Shown: positions 1-10,570 of the stretch, piece after piece
How positions within the stretch are numbered: position 1 is the stretch's first letter
Layout of the letters: every line of letters begins with the position of its first letter
Source: Parasitella parasitica NRRL 2501
Lineage: Eukaryota; Fungi; Mucoromycota
Assembly (NCBI GenBank): GCA_025201805.1
Contig: MU619322.1
Location: forward strand, 99,172-139,750
Direction: 5' to 3'
Length of the DNA stretch: 40,579 bases
The notes under the pieces: model-generated
Told to the model about the DNA's origin: nothing
What the model saw: the letters and a program-made list of their open reading frames with translations, nothing else
Database searches by the model: none
Position numbers and translations under genes: made by a program

Positions 1-338
1 CCAATCATACTTATGCATAAGAATAGACTTTGCGTCTGAATTCGTGATAAAACGCTTGTTGACGGATACAAGTACGTTTACATCTAATCGATTGTTAACG
101 GGAGGCATTTTAATTACTATTTTTGGAAAAAAGTGAAGTTTCTTTGAAGGTAAATGCAGTGAAAGTTTATAAACAAAACAAATTCGAATCATTTAAAAAA
201 TATCTTTGTATGCAATAAACTTTGTACGCGTAGAGCGTAATTGTAAAAAATCAAACCCTCATCCATTCAAAAATCTTCATTTAGCATCGGCCCAACTGGG
301 CTGAATCGGCCCAAATGGGCCGACCTAATCTATACTTG
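1..338 (+). mobile_element. Probable 3' end of a Helitron (rolling-circle transposon)
   Basis: Perfect 18-nt GC-rich palindrome TCGGCCCA-AA-TGGGCCGA (306-323) lies 11 nt upstream of CTTG|T (335-338), the usual Helitron 3' geometry. A second, near-identical hairpin sits at 287-304. Bases ~50-113 read with a frameshift as ...IVN/REAF*, loosely like a RepHel helicase C-terminus. Confidence 0.45.
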
Positions 339-831
339 TTAATAAAGTCATGTATAAAGTTAACATTTTTTTGAGTAGATAATTTTTTTATATGCTTTAC
401 GCATAACTCTTATTTAATTAAACGAATAAAAAACCAAGGATTTTATTGATTGAATTATGGAAGTTTTCTATCATTTAATTAATGGTAGCCCTGGATGGTT
501 TGTTTTGCACTTTAGTGGATTACTCTAGCATCCTTGAATGAGATATTTGAAGGTTATTAAAGGCCATGCTTCTCACCATTACATTTTCAAACCAAAGTAT
601 GGGCGCATTGGCGAATATGTACAATTGATTTATACTGCATGTTAGTTCACAGTTGCATAAGCAAGTTTACAAAATGGTTTTAACACAATCACACCTTTGC
701 CTAAAGAGCAACTTATTTAATTATAGTATCGATTTTTAATTGCGAGTGAAAAAAGAGTGGGTAAAAAAAACAGAAGAAGAGAAACGAGACGATAATACTG
801 TTTGTACGAAATATTTATCATAATCTGTTTT

Positions 832-1888
832 CTAATTTGTCAATGAAACGCTTTCTTCCTCCTTTTCCTCTTCCCATTCGAATTGGTCCTCAATATCCTC
901 AATATCGGATTCATCTTCAAGATCAGACACAAATTCAACATTCTAAGAATTAAAGGTTATTAATACAAATCGAAGAAAATCATTCAGAGTTAGAACACTA
1001 ACCTCATCATCGTCTTCATCTTCTTCGGCTGCATCTTCATCGTCTTCATCAGACTCATCTTCTTCGGCATCTTCGAGTTCCTCATCCAGGATTTTTTGCC
1101 AAATTTCTTCATTCACATTCAATGGTGCATCGCCGTAAGCCTTGCTCTTCAATCTCTCAATCAATTCCTTTTCAATCGATTTTTCTATTCGTGCAGCTGC
1201 CTCCGCCTTACGTTCACGATTTGTTTCACGCCTCTCCAACTTTTTCTTGATACCAATTAACTGTGGTCTATCACTATATAAAATGGTTAAAAATGATTTA
1301 TAATCAAAGTGCTATAGGAAACTTACTTTTCTTTCAGTTTCAATTTACGCATACGAATAAGGTATTGAGTGATCTTGGTAAGACGTTGTTTACACTTGTG
1401 AGACAAAAAGTTGGGCCAATATTGTAACTCTTTATCAATCTAGTATGTATTAGCCATACATGTAAAATCATATTATCATTCCACTGATTTTACCTGTTCT
1501 AAGGCTTGTGCATAATTCTTGGAAAGCTTCTTTCTTTCCCACATCTTGGCAGGTGAATGTGCACGTTCAGGTGTCTTCATATACAAGTAGATAATACCTG
1601 TCAAATGTCAATTTTGTGAGTCTAGAAGATCTAATCAACCCCAGAAAAAACATTACCTTTTTCTTCTCTAATGGTAGCATATCTACTGTTTGCTAAAGGG
1701 CAAGACTGGCGATTACAAAGGCCAGTAACATTGTATTGGTTTCGACAAAATGTACCAGTAGCTGTTCTGAATAGCAAGTGTTAGATGATGGATCTAAAAA
1801 AATTTACTAATAACAAATCTACTTACTTGACCTTGTAAGAACAAAACTGCTGGTTAATAACCTGCCAGATAACTTCATCAGACTGCAT
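832..1888 (-). CDS. MAK16: Ribosome biogenesis protein Mak16 (6 exons)
   Basis: Spliced translation [21 protein letters not shown]...[27 protein letters not shown]...[18 protein letters not shown]...[18 protein letters not shown]...[18 protein letters not shown] plus acidic tail; stop TAG at 834-832. Confidence 0.95.
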
Positions 1889-2782
1889 GTTTTATTATTA
1901 TTGCAAGAAAAAAAATGAACAAAGCAGTGATATGCTTCGATACACCTTTTTTTTTTCTTTCTGAAAGGACTTCTTTAAGAAAGGATGTGACCCGCTTTAC
2001 CAAACAAAACGAAAAAAGCCACTTGTATTTGAGACTGAATCGAAATTCATGCTGTTGTATCCTACTTGGATACTCCTCATCTTCGAAGAAATGATTGAAA
2101 TGAATTATACATGGATGCTACTTGATTGACTTTTGTTGCCATGGCAACCTTTTGACAGCTGAGATTGAAGTTTTCAGGAACCATCTTTCTGTTTGAAAGC
2201 TTTTTCCATACCAGTATTCATAAAACATCTTTATCGCCATACAGTAACCGCATAATCAGCATTAATTAACACACATATATATATTATCTTTATCATTTGC
2301 CACTGCCTTAAATACATGTAACGAAATGTATCTGAGTAAAAATAAAGGTGTCTTCCAACATTTCTCACCTTACTACTGAGCATTCGACCCACCTGTAATG
2401 TATTCGCATGTTTACTAGCTCATGTTCTCATTTTTTGATATTAAAATGCCCACGATAACGACATGCAAGATGGTAACACATCTATTTATTAATTTTAATA
2501 GTTATTGTTATTTTGAATACACTATAAACAAAGGATTGTACCCTAGCTTAAGCCTCCAGGATGCATTGTTACCGTGTGATGTTCATTTAAGCACACTTCA
2601 GTTGTCTCGGTCAAAGATGCAAGTTGGGACGCGACATTAAATGAGTCACAATAAGCATCCTTTTCTGAAAAACCATACAAATTTACATAACGAATACCCA
2701 CTCATCTTTCGTTTCCTTTTCATAAAACCTTGCATAACACCGTATCAAGGCTAAAAATTCACATACTAGCAAGCAAAGCGAT

Positions 2783-5413
2783 ATGAGCGATAACGATGGG
2801 GAACTGAAAAGGTCTCAAGAGCCAGTTGAAATTGTTTCAACAGTTGAGCATAAAAAGCGAAAGACCAACAACGACCAACAGACACAGAAACAAGTTCCCC
2901 TTTTGCCCACAACTCTGGTTCTTGATAAAGTTCAAGAAGAAACTATAAATGATTTAGTCAAAAACAGTAATGCAGCCGCTTCACTACTTCAACGAAGCAC
3001 AGGTAAGTAGTGATCATTTACGGCATGATAACCTACCATATGAAAATGACACTTATTTGTATTTATTTATAGAAACGACGAATACACCAGGGAATTGTAA
3101 GTATATGGATTTTTTTATCCTCGAGATATTGCAATTAACATCTTTTTTCAAAGCAGCAGCAGAAACAAAGGACTCTAGTGATACAGTAGCAACGGAAACA
3201 CCATCAGCAGATGCAACCAAGGCGGTCACAGCATTATCAGGTATTTAACTCATTCTCAAAGCACATCCTATGTCATGCTTACATTTTTGTCCGCAGGGAA
3301 TGAAAAGACTGAAGAGATTTCTTTGTCCATAACTAGTGAGCAATTGTTATTTGCACTTACGTCTGTCCCTTCGTCTGAGAAAGAGGCAGAAGAACAGCAA
3401 GAAAAGTCCACAAAAGAGAACATTGATGCAAATCAAATTAAATCTATTACCGACAATTCGACAACAATAATGGAGGTTGCCAATGCGCCACCTGTCCCTC
3501 AACCCAAAGTGACATCTCCGCCAGCAGTGCCCACCTCAACACCATCTAACCTTGGAATTAGCCCTAAAAACATTCTACGTCCTTCAGAAGTATCAGTCGC
3601 TTCAACAACTCCAAATCCTGCTGTTTCTGAATCTGCAATCGCCCCAATTATAACTACAGCAACAACAGCATCTATATCACCATCGGCACTACCGCAAACA
3701 TCTCGAACCAATGACAATGCAAAAACCTCAGCATCTATACCTACCACTCTTCGAAAAGCCAATATCAGCAACAATAATAATACTTCTTCGACGGCTAATA
3801 GCCCATCCCTGTCCACAAGTGCGACAGCATCGGCTTCCAGTTTGGCATTTAGCAACCTACCAGATATTAGTGCAGCATTACGCCGTCTAAGTAGCACAAA
3901 TCCGTCTGTGATCGAACAGCTTTCATCCTCTCCTCGATTATCGTCGCACTTGAATGATCGTAAAGGGTCGTCTGTTGAAGCATCTCCTTCTGAAATTCTA
4001 GGGAATGCTTTGGCAGCTGTGGCTGCTAATGCAGCAGCACGATCCAACTCTAATAACTTGATAGCATCACCTAAACAACAACAGCAAAATGTAACCTCAT
4101 CAACATCATCAGCAGCAACATTAAATAACAACACTAACTACGGAGGTAATAGCAACAATACACAGACCACAGCAACAGCGACAGCAACAGCCATAGGTAA
4201 TTTAGCTGCTTTTACAGCAAACATTAGTAGCCTACTTAATTCTGGTGGATTTCATCGTAATTCATTCAGCCAAGAGGATACACAAAAACTTGCAGCTGCA
4301 GTAGCTGTTGCACGTAACCCTCAACAACGGCGCAAAAGCTCCATACAGGTTATGGGTAATGCATTTTCTAATATGATTGATCAAGCTATTTTGATGGGAA
4401 GAAATAAAAGCTTTAGTGAAGCTGCTAATAAACCTTTGCCGCCAACATCCAATACTAGTAATCCAACAGCGACATTGCCACAACCACCATCGTCGGCAGC
4501 AGTAGCAGCGGCAGCAGTAGCAACGCCTGTTGTACGAAAACCCAAACTCATAGTTAAAAATGAACAAGTTTGGAAATCAGTCGAGGGCATGGAAGAGAGA
4601 TCTCTAGGCTTTCAGCTGTATTCACCTCAGCTACTACTGCCCAATCTTGAAAGCAGCATCAATGGTCTGATGGAAATTCGAATACCTGCGCGGTTCTTGA
4701 CATTTGATAATGTTAAAGTCAAGAAAAAAGCCTTGTGGGGAACCGATATTTATACTGATGATTCTGATATTGTGGCCAGTAAGTTGAAGAGTTAGCATGA
4801 TTGTAATAATGATATTCACAATGTCCACAGTGGCCATTCATTCTGGCAAATATCAGCCTCAGTTTGTTGACCCTAAAATAGAAGCGACGGATCCTTTTGC
4901 ACTTGCTATAGCTGGCAAACAAAAGGAGTCCATGGAGGCAGCTAGACGATTGGCATTGAGCGGCAAGAAATATACACAGCATGATCAACATTTAATACCT
5001 GATCATGATTTAAAGGTGACTGTGCGCGTATTGCCAACATTGCAGCATTACTCTAGCTCGATTCGACACAAGTTAAAGTCAAGAGAGTGGGGTAAACATG
5101 ATGGTGTGAGTTTATATGTAAATGAAGTTGAAAAAATCAAGGTGAGCGTCGAGCATTGTTGTGAGGTTCCAGGTTACTTAATAGTTTGCAGAAGGGAGAT
5201 GCTCGATTAAAAGGTCGCAGTTCCATGAAATCTAATATGTTTGCTTACGAGCCCTACCGAAAACAAGCTTTGGGATCACATCACAACAAGAAATCATGTC
5301 CAACATCCACCATCGCATTGCCATCCACTCAAAAAGGTCGCATCAAGAAGTCTAAAAGAGTTTTGCGAATGTTTCAGGTACCTGTAGAGTTAAAACCCAC
5401 TAAATCAGCATAG
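2783..5413 (+). CDS. Rxt3-domain protein (Rpd3L histone deacetylase complex subunit-like), multi-exon, long low-complexity N-terminus
   Basis: Motif IRIPARFL...LWGTDIYTDDSDIVA|VAIHSG...DLKVTVRVLPTLQHYSSSIRHKLKSREWGKHDGVS typical of Rxt3; GT-AG introns join ORFs 2783, 3275, 4797 and 5186. Confidence 0.85.
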
Positions 5414-6066
5414 TAAAACTAACTGCATTCTACAGATACGTTCAGAATTAAAAAATAAAAATAATAAATAGATGCTCAATAAAGAAAATATAAAAACACA
5501 TGAAAGTGAAAACTACTTTGGCCATGTTTGCATTGGGGCTGTTTACCACTCATGCTCTCATGCTGTAGTAAAACTAGATATTGAGCATGAAGATGGAGTT
5601 TCTATAAATACAACATCTGCTAAAGTCTTATTTTCCAGTAAGTATCTATCTCTTTTAAAACTCCAATACGATGATGCCGAGATGTAGTTTCAAGATCCCT
5701 GGAGAGTTTCTGTATGAACTGTGTCTGTTTTGGGTAGTAGTGTAATTGTGCTTTTCTACTTTTGTGAGGCGATGCAAAATCTGTTTAGTGAAAAGAGGAC
5801 AGTACAACTGGGCCTATTTAACACCCTTTGGAGTAATAGCCAGGGTGCGAACCGAGACAACAACTGCTACTTTATCAGGCATTTGGTCAATAAAACCAAT
5901 ACATCATTGAAGTTTTGGAATGGCATTAGTTTGTATAATCATGACAACAGCAAATATATATATATATATATATATGTATAAATATATATATCTTCTCATC
6001 ATCATTGACACTCAGGGCGGTGATATACATAGTTTAATTGGAATTTACCCTAAAAATCTAATTTGT

Positions 6067-7782
6067 TCAAGCAGAGGAATTTTTAGCAACATTGGCTTTA
6101 GGTGGTATCGGTGAAGCAGGTCGGCTAGATCTTTTTCTTTTCTCTTTTTCAGCAACAACACCCGGTGGTTCTTGAGTAATGACAACCAGGTTATCTCTGC
6201 CCCAATTAGCTGGTGGTGCAGCTAACACATGATGAACATGCTTGATGCCTGGCTCGTGTACTTGACATACATCAATCTGTTGCACCCATCTATCTGCCAG
6301 CACTGTTTGTAAGTTTGATCTTCTATTGGGATCAATGTCCAAGATACCGGCCATCACTGGTCTTGCTTCACGTGGTAATAATTTAAGGAGTCTAAATTGT
6401 TGTTGATTTTGGTTTGTAGCATAAGCTCGGAACGAAGGGTCTGTTAAACGAGGTACCCTCCAAGGGAATCGGCGTATAGTCATGCATAAAAAGACGATCC
6501 CGCAAGACCAGACATCAGATAAGCGAGGATCGTACGTCGGTTGCGTATACTGTTCGGGTGCAATGTATGGGTCAGATCCAAAGATGCCATTTGTGTGAGT
6601 AATGTTATTTTCAAACGGGTATTTGTAAACGGTCGAACAACCGAAATCGATAATTTTGAGTATGCCAAGATGATCCAGGACAAGATTATCTAATTTGATA
6701 TCACGGTGAGCAATACCCATTGACTGCAAGTACTCTAATCCATTCAGCAGTTGCCGCCAACAGCATGCCACTTCTTCGCGAGACATCATTCCACTCATAA
6801 CAATGTTGAACAAATCGTTTGGCGCATACTCCATAATTTCGAAATAACTGGAGCCTTCTTGAATAATGTCCAGTGTTTCAATGACATTCGGGTGATGCAG
6901 GGTTGATCCTATACAGAATTCGGCTGTAACTTTCTTTATGTAGTCCTTTTCACTCTCGTGAGCCAATCTCTTTCGAAATTGCTTGACTGCAAACGTCTTT
7001 TGATCCGCCGAGCGTCTTATCAACCTTACAGAGCCGCCAGCGCCTTTTCCAATATATTTTCCTACACAACATGGTTTGTTAGATATGTTTCCCGCTAAAA
7101 GACGCAGTATTTTACCCCATGTGCCATATCTGCCTCCAATGTCTTGTCGAAACTGATTTGCAAATGTGTCTGATCTGGCTGTATTTTCTGTGGTAGCCTG
7201 ATTAGCCGATGATGTTGATGAATGTGTGGGTGACACAGAGCACTGCTGTGTATTCACAAAGAACCGACGCAAATCAGACCAAGCCAAAAGCAAATCTTTA
7301 CGCTCTTGAGAAGATTGAGGTTGCTGATACTTGTCCTGTTTATTGCTTCGATGAAAATGAGTTTGGTGATATCTTTCGTCGTATTCTGGCTTTTTGAAGA
7401 TAAACTGAGATGGGGTAGAACATGTACTGGCAGGGCGGTGTGATAAAATAGGGCGGGGCTGCTGTTGAGAGAGAATTGGTGCTGCTGCATTGGAATTAGT
7501 ACAGAAAGTAGGCTCTGCAGATGACGTAGAAAGAGTAGGCGATGGTGGTTTAGACGACTGGAATAATTGCGATCGAGGTCTAGGGTTCTTTTTGGTGGTA
7601 TTGGTTGCTAATAATTTTGATAATTCAGACAAATCTACAGCGGAGGAATCCAAGGATTTCCTCTCAGGCTTGCTACTGGTTGCAATTGTGTGGGTTACAA
7701 CTGCCGGCGACAAAGATGGGCTAGATGGAACCGATCTCTCTGGCGTCACAATATCATACCTTTGGTTGACAAGGTGAAGCAT
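6067..7782 (-). CDS. HAL/NPR-family (Sat4/Hrk1/Npr1-like) Ser/Thr protein kinase
   Basis: [67 protein letters not shown] at 7782 (MLHLVNQRY); 54-nt in-frame GT-AG intron at 7062-7115. Confidence 0.92.
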   Translation of the reverse strand: MLHLVNQRYDIVTPERSVPSSPSLSPAVVTHTIATSSKPERKSLDSSAVDLSELSKLLATNTTKKNPRPRSQLFQSSKPPSPTLSTSSAEPTFCTNSNAAAPILSQQQPRPILSHRPASTCSTPSQFIFKKPEYDERYHQTHFHRSNKQDKYQQPQSSQERKDLLLAWSDLRRFFVNTQQCSVSPTHSSTSSANQATTENTARSDTFANQFRQDIGGRYGTWGKILRLLAGNISNKPCCVGKYIGKGAGGSVRLIRRSADQKTFAVKQFRKRLAHESEKDYIKKVTAEFCIGSTLHHPNVIETLDIIQEGSSYFEIMEYAPNDLFNIVMSGMMSREEVACCWRQLLNGLEYLQSMGIAHRDIKLDNLVLDHLGILKIIDFGCSTVYKYPFENNITHTNGIFGSDPYIAPEQYTQPTYDPRLSDVWSCGIVFLCMTIRRFPWRVPRLTDPSFRAYATNQNQQQFRLLKLLPREARPVMAGILDIDPNRRSNLQTVLADRWVQQIDVCQVHEPGIKHVHHVLAAPPANWGRDNLVVITQEPPGVVAEKEKRKRSSRPASPIPPKANVAKNSSA

Positions 7783-8101
7783 GATTCTGTTTCTAGTTGC
7801 AAGAAAATTATGAAGAAAAGAAGGGAAGAAAAGAAGGAAAAATTTTGTTTGGATCCAATATTTTATAGTCTCTCTCTTAACTCGGGACACACACACACAC
7901 ACCCACACACACGCACACAAAAAAAAAAAATAACATGTCGAATATATTTGGTTTACGGAGTTGTATCAGGATTTTAGGCATTACATATATATCTGCTAGA
8001 TGTTCAAATTGTGCGTAAGGGGGGAATAGATGGCTGGCAAGTATTTAAATCGATTTCTTGTTTATTTCATTTGCTCTTTTCCTTCCAGGTTCTTTATAGA
8101 A

Positions 8102-9313
8102 ATGTTTCGCAAGTCTGTTTCCATTGATTTAGTGGAACCGATTGTTTGTTTACGAGGCCAACCGAAAGATAAACAGACAATCAATATTCTTCGTGGTGCA
8201 GTTAGATTGCAATTATCACACAGCGTCATGATTCACACCATCACCATCCAATTTGTGGGTGTATCGAAAACGCTATGGCCCGAAGGTAAATGTTGCTATA
8301 CATGACTGAGCAATGGCTCATGCTCTTTTCCAGCATCCCAGCATTGGGATACGCATATTTTGGTAGATTCCACCATTCCCATTTGCAAAAACTTAGTACT
8401 ACTCAAAAAAGGTACACATTCGTTCCCATTTGAAATTCTGTTGTCCAATGCACTCTCAGAATCAATCGAATGCGGACTAGGAAACGTTCGCTACAAACTC
8501 CTTTGCCAGGTGCATGTGAAACCAAGGCTCATGTTCCTCAATAAATCAGTGCTTCACACCCAGAGGCCTGTTGTCCTGATGCGATTACCCACACTGGACA
8601 GCCAACAGCAGTGTATCACTCAAACGCATGTTATTAACGATTGTGGTGGGCAATTGACATTGGTCATTGAAAAATCCCATGTAATACCTGGTATACTACT
8701 GCCAATATCGTTCTATTTCAGCTCTTCCTGTCATGTCCGCGCCGTAGAACAGGTGGGTGTAAAGTTGATTGAACGTCAAAAGTACAGAGCTCCTTCAAAA
8801 CAAACAAACCGTATTCTGCACAGTGAAATTGCGCTCTGCTCGTCACCGTCTGCACCCTCAGCTTTGTCAGAGAACCAGTTGCGCTGTGTTTACGCTGTGC
8901 CAGATAAACACACAATCCAAGTGCGTGCATCAACTTCCCATCCAAATATTCGCGTTCGCCATTGGATTCAAATCTACCTAAGGCTCGAATTGAAAGATCA
9001 AACCACAAAAGATCTGCAGATGGATGCACCTATTTCAGTTTTGTTAGCATCCGTCGACGATTATTTAAATCTGCCTGTTTATAGCAGTAAAAGCAATGGC
9101 GGTAATACTGCATTATGTACAACATGTCGTTCTACTTCTTCTTCTTCTTCTGCTTCCTCCTCAGTGTGGCTACAGAAACTATACCCAATCAAATACAATC
9201 AAAACGCTGCATCCATAAACATGTATTCTAGCTATAGCCATCATTTAATGAAACTAATCACCGCACCACCACCATCATACGAAGACATTATCTTTCAAAA
9301 AATAACTGATTAG
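8102..9313 (+). CDS. Alpha-arrestin (ART-like ubiquitin ligase adaptor), 2 exons
   Basis: Arrestin_N signatures (LRGAVRLQLS, GTHSFPFEILLSNALSESIE, VRYKL), Arrestin_C (IRVRHWIQIYLRL) and C-terminal PY motifs LPVY and PPPSY; intron 8286-8333. Confidence 0.88.
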
Positions 9314-9533
9314 ATAGCGAAGTTACTACCTATAATTGTAACACCAAAAGATAATAAAAAACTCCCCCCCCCAGGATTTTGCCACTGAATCTATCGAAGA
9401 CGTAGGAAATTACACTCCCATGCAGTACATTGCATTTTGCCAAGAACTTTACTTGGGTCAGAAAGAGCTTTTAAGGAGCTTTTCTTTATTTCGACACGAT
9501 GGTTCGTGTACTCCTACGTGACAATGACGACAT

Positions 9534-10336
9534 TCAGCAAAACCACCATAAACAAATATTGAATATTATAATAACAAGTATGGTTGCAAAATCAAAAAGT
9601 GTTGGCTGATCTGCGATTTGTTGCACCAACCTGTCAGCTGCCGCCATTTTGTCTTTGTATTTGGTAATCTGCACGGCATGTTTTACACAAATATTTTGAT
9701 ATAAATGTCGTGAAATTGATCATTTACCTCGAAAACGGCAGGACTACTAGATATGCTGGAAGTATCTGTAACTGTTCCTTGATAAAGGCAAGGAATCAAA
9801 ACACTCTTAATAGCTTGGTCAGGTCTAGTTTCAATCTGTTGCCACTAAAAATCTCAATGTACCATACTTAAGTAAGCATTCATGCCTATTTGCAAGACAA
9901 AGATCAAATGTTACCATAGAGTCGATCGACTTCTTTATATCAGCTATGTCTACGTAAGCTATCAACACCATAAACTTGTCATTAAATTTCAGAGTGATAT
10001 CAGGCTCTTGCTTGATGGCAAACTTTTTTACTACGATTCCGTTATGCTGTTAACGATGTTTTTCCATCGATAATACAAAAATACCTAGAATTACTTGTTC
10101 TGAGTTGGGACTTATGATTCCATTGGTTGGAAGAACGCCATAGCTCTTTGGCGATGTCGTTTTAATCTTGAAAGCAAGAAATCTATGTCCATTATTTTCT
10201 ATACGCATCCTGCGTACAAGACGTGAAGTCAATGGCCCTTTTATATTGTGAGTACATTCAGTTAATTATAGAATATCCATAAGCTATGCCAGTTACCTTT
10301 AAAGACAAATGTAGCAGGACTTATTCTTATTGACAT
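9534..10336 (-). CDS. VAP/Scs2-like MSP-domain, tail-anchored ER protein (186 aa, 5 exons)
   Basis: Exons 10336-10297, 10237-10085, 10030-9915, 9844-9728 and 9668-9534 splice in frame (561 nt): MSIRISPATFVFKGPLTSRLVRRMRIENNGHRFLAFKIKTTSPKSYGVLPTNGII...EPDITLKFNDKFMVL...WQQIE...FATILVIIIFNICLWWFC*. MSP signature plus C-terminal TM helix. Confidence 0.85.
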
Positions 10337-10570
10337 TTTGAGGTATAAAGAAAAAGAGGTTATTTCCTACATTTCTCATCTATTGTAGAAANNNNNNNNN
10401 NAAAAAAAAAAAAAAAAAAAAAAAAAACTTGGATTAGTCTAGTAATTAATCACTCAAGTAATATACAAAATGATTATGCCATCCAAACATGCTGGCTCAA
10501 CCTGATGGTTTCCAGATTTGATCTCGGTTCTGTGGTTTATTTTGCAAAAGTTATAACCAAACGACTATTA

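Noticed and set aside
3499-4134. 211-aa minus-strand ORF
   Set aside because: Antisense to the low-complexity exon of the Rxt3 gene; no motifs.
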